Assembly (NCBI GenBank): GCA_964524515.1
Contig: CAZGEA010000001.1
Span: 297,522 to 361,521 of the forward strand
Length of the DNA: 64,000 nt
Direction of reading: 5' to 3'
From: an uncultured Gammaproteobacteria bacterium
GTDB taxonomy: Bacteria > Patescibacteriota > Microgenomatia > UBA8517
Made by a program: the position numbers and the translations under genes. The notes beneath the pieces were generated by a model. It was not told the origin of the DNA, did not search any database, and saw nothing but the letters and a program-made list of their open reading frames with translations. This document shows, piece by piece, positions 1 through 9,432 of the stretch (position 1 is the first letter of the stretch; the number at the start of each line of letters is the position of its first letter).

Positions 1-833
1 AATCTAAAACAAATCTCAAAAAAATAACTGACCAAATAGGCTATAACTGGATTTATTTTAACTAAATTAACTTTATTACCTATAGATTTAACAATAATTT
101 TATAAATTTTATTCAACGAATTAACTTTAAAATTACCAATTATATATTCTCCACTTAATTTTGAATTCATGGCAATAAATGCAGCTCTTGCAACATCTTT
201 TACATATATATAATCAAGTTTATTCTCACCATCACCAATAACAAAAAACATACCTTTTTTAATTACTCGAACCAAATCCAGTAATGCCTTCTTATCTCTT
301 GGACCATAGACAGTCGTAGGTCTCAAAATTGAATATTTAAATTTTTTTAATTTTGCAAAATCTTTTATCAAACTTTCACCCAAAAATTTACTTTTTCCAT
401 ATGGCTCATCAGTATAAATATTTCTATCCTCATTCCAATCTTCTATATCACCAAATTCCGAAGGCAAACCATAAATCCCTACACTTGAAAAAAAGACAAT
501 TTTTTCAAACATTTTATCTATTGAATTCAAAATATTCTTAGTCCCAACAACATTTGTTCGATAATAATCTTCACTACTATGCTTAGGGTCCATAACTAGG
601 GCAGCCAAGTGGTAAATATAAGAAACATCTTTACAAGCCAACACACAATCTTTAACTTTTCTAATATCACCGACACAAATCTCAATATTTCCAGAACGAA
701 TATTAGATAAATTTTCCCATGGTGGAACCAAAATTCTAATTAAACAATCGTTGTTTAAATTTTTTTCAAGATAATCCAGCAAATGACTACCAATAAACCC
801 ACTTGCGCCAGTAATAAGTATTATTTTTCTCAT
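1..833 (-). CDS. NAD-dependent epimerase/dehydratase family protein (partial; C-terminus lies beyond the window start)
   Basis: Reverse-strand ATG at 831-833 gives MRKIILITGASGFIGSHL, a GxxGxxG Rossmann motif. Downstream there is NVVGT and a YGKSK (YxxxK) catalytic motif. I translated the frame manually and it stays open to position 1. Confidence 0.8.
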   Translation of the reverse strand, partial: MRKIILITGASGFIGSHLLDYLEKNLNNDCLIRILVPPWENLSNIRSGNIEICVGDIRKVKDCVLACKDVSYIYHLAALVMDPKHSSEDYYRTNVVGTKNILNSIDKMFEKIVFFSSVGIYGLPSEFGDIEDWNEDRNIYTDEPYGKSKFLGESLIKDFAKLKKFKYSILRPTTVYGPRDKKALLDLVRVIKKGMFFVIGDGENKLDYIYVKDVARAAFIAMNSKLSGEYIIGNFKVNSLNKIYKIIVKSIGNKVNLVKINPVIAYLVSYFFEICFR

Positions 834-843
834 ATTTTTAAAA

Positions 844-3465
844 TTATTCTTTTAAACCAGATGATCTGAAATGAACAGATTTTACTTCAAAATTAAATGG
901 CTTATACATAGGCGATATTTTAATTTTTTCTATTTTTAATCCATCAACAGGTAAAATTACCTCGTAATTTCTAAAAATATCATCTGGAGTAATTGAAATA
1001 TTACCAGCTTCTTTCCAACTATTACTTTTGTCACTAAAGTATAAAAGATCTACATTTAAATTTTCATTAAAATTATTCATAACTTCACTAAATGTCTCAA
1101 TATTTTCAATATAACCATAAGGATTATTTAAAAACTCTTCAGTATCATTCAAATTCAATTCTTTAAACTCATCGTCAATTGGCCAAATTTCAGAAATACC
1201 CGGAGAATCATCAGATAAACTAGAGCGAAACAAAACTTTTACATATTTAGCGTTTACAGGACTAAAAAAATTAATAGTCTGAATACCCTCCTCAATTCTT
1301 TTAACTTCTTTAATCTCTGATACTTTTACCCAATTTTTATTATCTATTGATGTTTCTACAATATAATCAGTAGGTGAATTATTAGGGTATGCATTTATCC
1401 ATGCAATTCGACCAATGTTAATTGGTTTATCCAGTTCTAAAATTAAACCTTGCTTTGCATCATGCCATAAAATTCGATCAGGGCGCCAGGATGTTTTTAT
1501 ATTATCATCAATTAAATTTAAACCAATATCTTCTCTCCATTCACTTGTTGTCAAAACTTTCATATTTTTATACAAGTTTGTTTTATAAATATAATATTTA
1601 AATGCCATATCTCTCATTTTTTTATTCACTAAAACATTATTAAATTCCATTTTCTTATTATTAACAATTGGATATAAAATACTTTCAAATTCACCATAGT
1701 CTACTTTTATTCGTAATTTAATTTTATTTGGAGTCACACTTACAATTGGGTTTAAAAAAATAATTTCATCATTATCATATTTAAAATTTATCATTTTATA
1801 ATTACTAGCATTCTCCAATCGTTTTCTTAAAATTTCAGATGTATCAATTAATTTATTATCAGTGTAATAAAATGAATAAACTTTTCTCAAATCAAAATTG
1901 CTAATTTCTGAGATATTTTTTTCCAATTCAGAATAGTCAACTATCCTTTTAAAGTCATACCTATCCATCCCATACCTCCACGCAATTGCAGTCTCTTCAG
2001 GCATTGATGCTACTGAAAATGCATTGGAAAAATTTATCCTCATGTCATCAGCTACATCAAAATAAACCAAATCACCTTTATTCAAAACTGGCATTTTAGT
2101 TTTCAACTCAGCATAAAATCTATCTACAGGTTTACTTCTAAAATTAACAATTTTATTCTGATAATTAAATCCATATACTAAATTTCCCAATACTATAAAA
2201 ATAATAAATCCAAAAAGCACTCCTATTTTTTTCTTAGGTTTTTTAAATGCATAAATACCAATAAAGGAAAATAACAATGTCAGTGGAAAAAAAGAATGAG
2301 CCAAGTATCTATAATAAGTTTCATAAACTACAGTTGGACTATATGCACTGTATGCAGCCAAATTTAAAATTACCCAAAGCAAAAAAAATAAATAAATATT
2401 TCTTTTATATCCTTTAAAAAGTAATGAGAAAAGAAACAAAATAAACAATACAATTCCACCCAAAAAAACAGTTACAAATGAGTGTTCATTTAAAACCAAA
2501 AATTGAGTATTGTAAATTTTTTTAGATATAAAAAACCATCCAACAAAAAAAGTAACAAGTAAAGAAGTCATCATCCATCTTCTTTTTTCAAAATATCCAG
2601 AAAACTTCCTAGTAAAAATTAAAAATGAAATGAAAATTAAAAAAAATATTTCTCTACTACTTAATAATGAATATAGAAAAGAAGTAATCCAATCTGGAAT
2701 TACCAAGTTAGCAAATGAAGATAAAAACCCATAAGATAAATAGTAATTTCCACTTATTATCCCTGATATTAAATCTTTAACTTGTCCACTTCTCCCATCT
2801 GGATTTTGAAGAAAATATTTATAAAAAAAATAGATAAACGGAATAAGTCGTAATACACTTTTTAAAATAGACCTAGGTAAACTTTTAAACGTAAAAAACA
2901 GTAACTCAAAAAGAATAACTACTGATATTAAATAATGTGTCCTCGTCTGCACAAATTCAATACTAAAAATATATGACAAAAGAGCCAACATGTACCATTT
3001 ATTTTTTTCAGTCTTAAAATACTTAAAATAAGAAAAGGTCAGTATCGTCACCAGTATCACACTAAAACTCGTAACTACAGAATTAAAAAGTCTTATATAA
3101 GAATCAGATGCAATATAACCACAAGCATAAATAAATGCAGAAAGTAATGCTATTTTTTGAGAAAAAACTTTTGAAACTAAAAAATAAATCACAAATACAC
3201 TTAATAAATAAAACAAAAAAGTAGTCAAAAAATAAAATACTATATTGAGACCAAAAAAATAATAAACAGGAACGAAAGGAGTAATAATATATTTATAAGT
3301 TCCCTCACCAAATGGTCCATAACCAAAGTAACCAGCTTTCTCATTAATATGTTGAAGTTTAAAAAAAAGTGACTGATCATCTTGCCATGGAGTCATTAAT
3401 AAAAGCTGACCGTATGAAATTATTGTAGTTAAAAATAAAAAAAGATAAATCTTAACTTGTTTCAT
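844..3465 (-). CDS. large multi-pass membrane protein, putative GT-C-type glycosyltransferase with C-terminal discoidin (F5/8 type C)-like ectodomain
   Basis: 873-aa ORF. The N-terminal ~450 aa are highly hydrophobic with many predicted TM helices. The C-terminal soluble region has SIDNKNW...AKYVKV-type discoidin signatures. There is a 4-nt overlap with the downstream methyltransferase. Confidence 0.5.
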   Translation of the reverse strand: MKQVKIYLFLFLTTIISYGQLLLMTPWQDDQSLFFKLQHINEKAGYFGYGPFGEGTYKYIITPFVPVYYFFGLNIVFYFLTTFLFYLLSVFVIYFLVSKVFSQKIALLSAFIYACGYIASDSYIRLFNSVVTSFSVILVTILTFSYFKYFKTEKNKWYMLALLSYIFSIEFVQTRTHYLISVVILFELLFFTFKSLPRSILKSVLRLIPFIYFFYKYFLQNPDGRSGQVKDLISGIISGNYYLSYGFLSSFANLVIPDWITSFLYSLLSSREIFFLIFISFLIFTRKFSGYFEKRRWMMTSLLVTFFVGWFFISKKIYNTQFLVLNEHSFVTVFLGGIVLFILFLFSLLFKGYKRNIYLFFLLWVILNLAAYSAYSPTVVYETYYRYLAHSFFPLTLLFSFIGIYAFKKPKKKIGVLFGFIIFIVLGNLVYGFNYQNKIVNFRSKPVDRFYAELKTKMPVLNKGDLVYFDVADDMRINFSNAFSVASMPEETAIAWRYGMDRYDFKRIVDYSELEKNISEISNFDLRKVYSFYYTDNKLIDTSEILRKRLENASNYKMINFKYDNDEIIFLNPIVSVTPNKIKLRIKVDYGEFESILYPIVNNKKMEFNNVLVNKKMRDMAFKYYIYKTNLYKNMKVLTTSEWREDIGLNLIDDNIKTSWRPDRILWHDAKQGLILELDKPINIGRIAWINAYPNNSPTDYIVETSIDNKNWVKVSEIKEVKRIEEGIQTINFFSPVNAKYVKVLFRSSLSDDSPGISEIWPIDDEFKELNLNDTEEFLNNPYGYIENIETFSEVMNNFNENLNVDLLYFSDKSNSWKEAGNISITPDDIFRNYEVILPVDGLKIEKIKISPMYKPFNFEVKSVHFRSSGLKE

Positions 3466-4295
3466 TTCTTTCTAGCTACAAAAAACATATTTATGTTCGA
3501 ATCTGTATCTTGTTTTAACAAACCACCAAACAAAAAAGGTAAAATTTTAGATCTAAAATCAACCAACATAACTAATCTTTTTCCAACAAATGTCTTTCCA
3601 ATTTGAGATGGCAATGCAGTAACCAAAAAAGCTTCATGTAATCGTAAATGTGTTGGTGATAATGTTCCTTCTTTTTTTACAATTTCAAACCCAGCTTTTT
3701 TTAATTTATCTTCCCACCAAGTATGAGTTTGTAAATTAACGTGTTTAAATATGTTTTTATGAAATTTCCAGTAAGATTCAGCACTATCTTTTAAACCAAT
3801 ACTTTTCAAAAATGAATAAACAAGCAAATACTCTTTCATTTCTGGAGTTGGAACTGAAAAAACGAACTTCCCACCTTTCTTTAAAACCCTATGAACTTCC
3901 TTGATTACTTTTTCACAACTCTCAATATGTTCCATAACACTAACTGAAACTACAGTTTTATAACTATTATCTTTAAACGGTAAATTTCTTGCATCTGCAT
4001 AAAGTAACTTTTTGTATCTTTTACCATCCAATGCTTTTTTTAAATCATCTTCATTAACGTCAATACCAACTTCGATTTGATTAAAAACCACTCCAGCAAA
4101 CTCACCAAAACCACAACCTAGATCTAAAACTGGTGATTCCATTTCAACTTTCTCAAAACTCAGTGCTTCAATAGTTCTCCACAAAGCATGAGAAAAAGGA
4201 GATATTCTCAAAAAATCTTTTAAATATTCCTTCGAATCTTTATTTTTTTTAGTATTTCTTTTTTTTGAAACTATTTCTTTTTTATAAGTTGCCAT
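3462..4295 (-). CDS. class I SAM-dependent methyltransferase
   Basis: Motif I LDLGCGFGEF and a post-I acidic residue are present, followed by a VMEHI...GGKFVFSVP motif. Confidence 0.8.
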   Translation of the reverse strand: MATYKKEIVSKKRNTKKNKDSKEYLKDFLRISPFSHALWRTIEALSFEKVEMESPVLDLGCGFGEFAGVVFNQIEVGIDVNEDDLKKALDGKRYKKLLYADARNLPFKDNSYKTVVSVSVMEHIESCEKVIKEVHRVLKKGGKFVFSVPTPEMKEYLLVYSFLKSIGLKDSAESYWKFHKNIFKHVNLQTHTWWEDKLKKAGFEIVKKEGTLSPTHLRLHEAFLVTALPSQIGKTFVGKRLVMLVDFRSKILPFLFGGLLKQDTDSNINMFFVARKK

Positions 4296-6492
4296 GTGAA
4301 TTTGTATAAAATAAATCTAAATCAATTTTCTGCTTATTGTAAGGCGAAGATGAAGTTATGTCATCAACATCTTTTTTTGATTCACTTAAGATTACATCAT
4401 CTAACCACATTTTAGAAGTTAAATTATCTGCCATCTGAAATGATATTGTTAAGTACTTTGAATTTTCTGGCGCCCTCTCGTATACAGATTTTAAATTCCA
4501 TTTAATAGTTCCAAACAAACGTGATGAAATTGCTGAATAAATCGGCATTTTAGTTAAATCATCATCGCTCCAATAATCAATTCTCAAAAAACCATTTCTT
4601 TGTTTTGCTGAAAATTCGTTGTCAGACCTAATAAAACCATCAACCTTATACAAATATCCCGGCTTAACTGATATTAAATTTGATCTAATTCTAACAATCG
4701 AATAAGGACTTCCAGATGACAAAAACAAAATTGATCCTTTATTTTTATTACCGCTTGCACTATCCCAAACAAAATCACTATCATAATTTTCTTTATCAAC
4801 AACTGTCCATCCACTCAATCCTTCACTAAATTCAAATTTTTCTTTTATACCAAAATCAACTTTCCCCCAATCTGGAAATTTAGAAAAAACTAAAGCTTCA
4901 TCAGGCGCTTGCCAAGGTTTAAAAGTAGAAAACACCTGATATCTCATCAACTCTTCAATTGATAATCCATAAAAAGTATTTCTCAAAATATACATTGGTT
5001 TATTCCAATATTTCGCTAAATCCTTATATCCATAACTCATCCAGAAAAAAAACAGGTTAGCTGCCCAATCTGAATTCAAAATTGAATATTTTGCACCATC
5101 ATCCCTATGCTCTGACATTGAATAACTTCCGGATAATTCAAATTCTGTCTTAATCATTACTGGAGCTCCAGTTGGTGGATCAAATGGGTTAGCTGCAACA
5201 ACAGAATTAGGGTCTAAATTTTTATTTAACCAATCTGACAAAACATAATAACCCCACTCTTTTGTATAATAATAAGTATTCAATAAACTGTTTCTAAATG
5301 GAACAAAAACAGTTAATCCAATTAAAAATACTAATACAATTTTTGAAAAAAAATCATTAAATCTAATTCTCAACAGTTCATAAAAATGATAAATAAATAT
5401 TGAAGCAAAAATAAGTAAAAATGGAGTTATAGTTACAAAATTTCGAACATAAAAACCTCCAGCTGAAAAATATGTAAACACGAAGAAAAAGGGTAAGATT
5501 ATAGTCAACAAGAACAAAAATCTTTTAGGGTACTTAATAATACTCACAATCATTCCAAGTACAACTAAAACAAATTCAATCGGTCCATAATCATAATGAT
5601 ACAAATACGAAAAAGGGAAAAAATTAAGTTTATTAACCCCCATTGCATAACGAGCAGATACAGCACTAGTCCACATTTTTGCAGATTCAAAATGTATAAA
5701 AAAATAAGGATTTAATAAAACGAAAACAATTAGTACTGAAAAACCCAATATAAATACTTTTCTAGAAATCAACTGACCCAATTTTATATTCTTATTTACT
5801 ATTAATAAATCAAGATGTGCAAAAATAATTGGCAAAAAAGAAAATATTTGATATTTCATCGAAAAACTTGCACCAGCACAAAGCCCAGCATACAAATAAT
5901 TAACAGTTGTAGGTTTCTTCCACATTCTATAAGTAAAATACAATGACAAAATTAAGAAAAACGCATTATATGGATCGGGCAAATTCATATGAGCGGCCAT
6001 AACTTGTCTAAAATTTACAGTCAATAAAAATGCAGACAATAAACCTATGAAATTGTTAAATACCTTTCGACTAAATATATAAATCAATACAACACTGCCA
6101 ATACTAAACAATGAAACAATATATCTACCCCAAAATAAAGGGTAAAAAACTTTAGTCCCTATTATCTCAAGTCTCAAAATCCTCTCCCACTCAATAGAAC
6201 TTTTAGGCAATTGAACCAATCCATCAACTAAATTTAGTATATTTACTGCAAAATATTTTAAATAACTCAAGGGTATAAACAAAAATTTAAAAAAAACGAA
6301 ATTAATAAATATCGTTCCAGCTGGATAATCAAATCTATTAGGATCAATATTTCCCCGAGTAACCATATCAATTGCAGTCCCATACAAAATAGGCTCATCA
6401 GCATGATATTTGTTATATCCTGGATTTGTTCCTATTACCCTAAGAAGAGATGCTAATAATATTATTCCAAAAAATATATAATTTTTTCTCAT
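4282..6492 (-). CDS. multi-pass membrane glycosyltransferase (GT-C-like, DE motif in first loop) with C-terminal CBM4/9-like carbohydrate-binding domain
   Basis: ORF track gives 4282..6549; the likely true start is the internal Met of MRKNYIFFGIILL at 6492, which abuts the upstream stop. HADEPILYG follows the first TM, as in PMT/ArnT-type enzymes. The C-terminal ~150 aa resemble a CBM fold and end in WLDDVIL. Confidence 0.5.
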   Translation of the reverse strand: MRKNYIFFGIILLASLLRVIGTNPGYNKYHADEPILYGTAIDMVTRGNIDPNRFDYPAGTIFINFVFFKFLFIPLSYLKYFAVNILNLVDGLVQLPKSSIEWERILRLEIIGTKVFYPLFWGRYIVSLFSIGSVVLIYIFSRKVFNNFIGLLSAFLLTVNFRQVMAAHMNLPDPYNAFFLILSLYFTYRMWKKPTTVNYLYAGLCAGASFSMKYQIFSFLPIIFAHLDLLIVNKNIKLGQLISRKVFILGFSVLIVFVLLNPYFFIHFESAKMWTSAVSARYAMGVNKLNFFPFSYLYHYDYGPIEFVLVVLGMIVSIIKYPKRFLFLLTIILPFFFVFTYFSAGGFYVRNFVTITPFLLIFASIFIYHFYELLRIRFNDFFSKIVLVFLIGLTVFVPFRNSLLNTYYYTKEWGYYVLSDWLNKNLDPNSVVAANPFDPPTGAPVMIKTEFELSGSYSMSEHRDDGAKYSILNSDWAANLFFFWMSYGYKDLAKYWNKPMYILRNTFYGLSIEELMRYQVFSTFKPWQAPDEALVFSKFPDWGKVDFGIKEKFEFSEGLSGWTVVDKENYDSDFVWDSASGNKNKGSILFLSSGSPYSIVRIRSNLISVKPGYLYKVDGFIRSDNEFSAKQRNGFLRIDYWSDDDLTKMPIYSAISSRLFGTIKWNLKSVYERAPENSKYLTISFQMADNLTSKMWLDDVILSESKKDVDDITSSSPYNKQKIDLDLFYTNSHGNL

Positions 6493-7127
6493 TTCACTGC
6501 TGTAAAAATTATATGAGAAAAAGGCATTTTTTCTTCTGCAGAAAAACATTTAACTTTAAAGTTATTTTTCTTTAATAAAACCAACCAATCACTTTTTTTT
6601 CTAAAATAAACTTCAGAATAAATCTTTCTCTCAAAAACCATTGGAACGATAAAATGATCAAACGTCCATGCAATAAAATATTTCAACGAAAATTTAATAT
6701 CAATTTCCACAATTACCAATTTTCCGCCTTTCACTAATGATTTATAACAATTTGCAATAAGTTTTTCCTGATCATTAAAATTTCGAAGGTGATGAAGTAG
6801 ATGAAAAAGAACTATTATTTTACTTTTTGGTATCTTCAATCGCGTTACATCAGATTTAATAAACTTTACATTATCAACACCTCGAGTTGCCTCTCTTATT
6901 CTCTCATTACTTATTTCATAGGCTTTTATTTTTCTTTTCTTAGAACTTATACCAAGATAATTACTAAATATTCCCTCACCACAACCCAATTCAACGATAC
7001 TTCCAGATTTAGGAATATATTTTTCAACAATTTCATATGGAGCAACCATAAATCTCCAAGCCGAAAAAAATTTCTTCCATCCAACCTTCTGATAAAGATT
7101 TATTGTCTGATCTATGCTTGTATTCAT
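6489..7127 (-). CDS. class I SAM-dependent methyltransferase
   Basis: Motif I VELGCGEGIFSNY is followed by the KLVIVEID region. Confidence 0.8.
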   Translation of the reverse strand: MNTSIDQTINLYQKVGWKKFFSAWRFMVAPYEIVEKYIPKSGSIVELGCGEGIFSNYLGISSKKRKIKAYEISNERIREATRGVDNVKFIKSDVTRLKIPKSKIIVLFHLLHHLRNFNDQEKLIANCYKSLVKGGKLVIVEIDIKFSLKYFIAWTFDHFIVPMVFERKIYSEVYFRKKSDWLVLLKKNNFKVKCFSAEEKMPFSHIIFTAVK

Positions 7128-8677
7128 TATTAGCTATTATGGTACCATTCAAAATAAAAATGAGAAACAGGACATTTAAATTTTCAGCAATCGTATTTTT
7201 AATTACTTTTATTGTTTGGAGTGGTACTTTAAGCCAAACTTTTTTAGGTGAAGGTTATTTCTATTTTGAAAGTTGGAGAGGAATCATATCACCAACAATA
7301 GGTTACAAAGCTTTACTTTCATATGACAACTTTGCAAGAATTATGTTTACGATTGCACCTTTAATATTTAAAGATAATCTATTTCTATATCAACTTTTCC
7401 AACTTCTAACATTTAGTTCCCTCACATCAATTTTTTTCTTCATAATATACAAAATTACAAAAGATTTATCATCATCATTTCTTGCATCAATATTTTTTTT
7501 AAGTAGTGTAACTGGGACTTTTGAAATGATTGCTGAAGGAAATTATGATAGATTTGTACAAAGAATTCCAAATTTTATTCCTGCATTAATAGCATTTTAT
7601 TTTTTATATCTATTCATAAAATCAAACAAAAAGACACATTTACTAATTTCAATATTATTATTTTGTATTGCCATGTTCATGGCTCACTTCACTTTTATAA
7701 TGACCCCACTTTTTATAATTTACCCTCTGGTACAAATTTTAATTAAAAAAACAACAACAAAAGAAATTATTAAAAAAATATTAATCTCCATAACTTTCTT
7801 AACAATGGGAATTCTTTTCGTCTATCCTGATCCATACCATCAAAGTAAAAGCATATTAAAATTTTTAAATAGTGATCCAAAATTACTAGAAAAAATTATT
7901 TATCAAATACCAACTGTTGCTTTTCCGTATGAACTAATACCAAAAACATCGATACTACTTAAAAATTTGTTTGATATTAAATCAATAAAACCACCATATA
8001 TATCATCACTTCAAATTCTCACATTCATTCTTGTTTACATGTTTACAAGATCACTCTATTACTATTACAAAAACGATAAAGATAAATTCAGTATATTTTT
8101 AACTTTTTTTGGAGCCCTTGTTTCAGGTTTTGTTTTATATTTTTATACCGACGATAAATTAAATCCATTTATTGAATTTGGAAGTGGAAGACAATACTTT
8201 ATATTCATTATTTACATATCAGTATTAATTGCACTATCTTTGAAATACTTTATTAAAAATAATAGTAATTTTAAAAAAGTAACTATAGTTTTAAGTCTAT
8301 TTATCCTATTATGGAATTTAAACTATATAAACAAAAAAATATACTCTTTAGAATACTTAGTGAAGGCAAACAGAGTATACACAACATACATCAAAAAAAT
8401 TTCTCCAAATTTCACAGACAGCACTGTCATTTTTGCTCGTTCAAGAATTCACTGGCCAAATGACTTAATCTTCAAATTTTATACACCAAAAGGAGCCAGA
8501 CAAGTTACAACACTTTCAGATTTAAAAGAATTAAACCTAAAAAATTATGATGATGTATATGTATTTGATTATGACTTTCAAACTGATCCATCAGAAGAGC
8601 CTAATCCACAAAAAGGTATATTTCTTGATTTAACAAATCAATTTAGAAACAAATCTGTTGATTTATCATCATGGTAG
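7103..8677 (+). CDS. polytopic membrane protein of unknown function (candidate glycan polymerase/GT-C-like)
   Basis: 524-aa ORF with at least 10 hydrophobic segments. I see no recognisable catalytic motif. It sits in a glycosylation context. Confidence 0.45.
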   Translation: MSDLCLYSLLAIMVPFKIKMRNRTFKFSAIVFLITFIVWSGTLSQTFLGEGYFYFESWRGIISPTIGYKALLSYDNFARIMFTIAPLIFKDNLFLYQLFQLLTFSSLTSIFFFIIYKITKDLSSSFLASIFFLSSVTGTFEMIAEGNYDRFVQRIPNFIPALIAFYFLYLFIKSNKKTHLLISILLFCIAMFMAHFTFIMTPLFIIYPLVQILIKKTTTKEIIKKILISITFLTMGILFVYPDPYHQSKSILKFLNSDPKLLEKIIYQIPTVAFPYELIPKTSILLKNLFDIKSIKPPYISSLQILTFILVYMFTRSLYYYYKNDKDKFSIFLTFFGALVSGFVLYFYTDDKLNPFIEFGSGRQYFIFIIYISVLIALSLKYFIKNNSNFKKVTIVLSLFILLWNLNYINKKIYSLEYLVKANRVYTTYIKKISPNFTDSTVIFARSRIHWPNDLIFKFYTPKGARQVTTLSDLKELNLKNYDDVYVFDYDFQTDPSEEPNPQKGIFLDLTNQFRNKSVDLSSW

Positions 8678-8693
8678 TAGTATATAAACAATA

Positions 8694-9404
8694 GTGAAAA
8701 ATAAATTTTACCCACCAATCTCAATTGTAATCCCTGCATACAATGAAGAAGAAAATATTAAAGAGATACTTTTAAATACAACTAAAAATCTCCCAAAATA
8801 TTTTAAAGATTTTGAAATAATAATTGTCAACGACGGCTCAAATGATAAAACTGGTGAAATTGTTAATAAATTTGCAAAAAATAAAAAATATATAAAAATC
8901 ATCGATCAAAAAAATTCAGGTTATAGTAAAGCAATGCTTGCCGGAATTAAAATTGCATCAAAAGAATTTGTTGCTTATATGCCTGCTGATGGTCAATTTT
9001 TAATTAATGACATGAGGCATTGTTTTGAAGTTATGAAAGAAAACGATTTAATATTAGGATACAGAGGTGGTAGACAAGATTATACAACAAGAAGAGTTAT
9101 ATTCTCATATGGCTACTTATTACTTCTTTTATTAATGTTTGATATTAAATATATGGATGTAGGATGGGTAAACATATGGAAAACCAAAAAAGTACAAAGA
9201 ACTAAACTAACTGCAGTCGGAGGTATTTTTATTCTCACTGAAATACTTGTTCGCTTTAAACAAAAAAAATATAAAATAACTGAAGCCCCTTCATATTATC
9301 ATCCAAGAATTGGCGGTGTTGCTAAAAATGCCAGTTATAAAGTAGTACTAAATACTTTTCTAAATGCAATCAAACTATGGATAAGCTTAAAATTGACAGT
9401 TTAA
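8694..9404 (+). CDS. GT2 polyprenol-phosphate glycosyltransferase (DPM1/GtrB-like)
   Basis: GTG start. The sequence SIVIPAYNEEENI...IIIVNDGSNDKT has the DxD region. There is a C-terminal hydrophobic helix. Confidence 0.75.
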   Translation: MKNKFYPPISIVIPAYNEEENIKEILLNTTKNLPKYFKDFEIIIVNDGSNDKTGEIVNKFAKNKKYIKIIDQKNSGYSKAMLAGIKIASKEFVAYMPADGQFLINDMRHCFEVMKENDLILGYRGGRQDYTTRRVIFSYGYLLLLLLMFDIKYMDVGWVNIWKTKKVQRTKLTAVGGIFILTEILVRFKQKKYKITEAPSYYHPRIGGVAKNASYKVVLNTFLNAIKLWISLKLTV

Positions 9405-9432
9405 TTGTTAATGAATAAGATAAGATTTACAT

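Noticed and set aside
353-541. 62-aa plus-strand ORF inside the epimerase gene
   Set aside because: It lies antisense within a well-supported minus-strand CDS and has low-complexity, AT-codon-driven composition. It is most likely spurious.
6801-7133. 110-aa plus-strand ORF antisense to the methyltransferase at 6489-7127
   Set aside because: It is fully contained, on the opposite strand, in a CDS with clear SAM-methyltransferase motifs. It is rich in F/Y/I/N from poly-A/T runs and has no recognisable domain.
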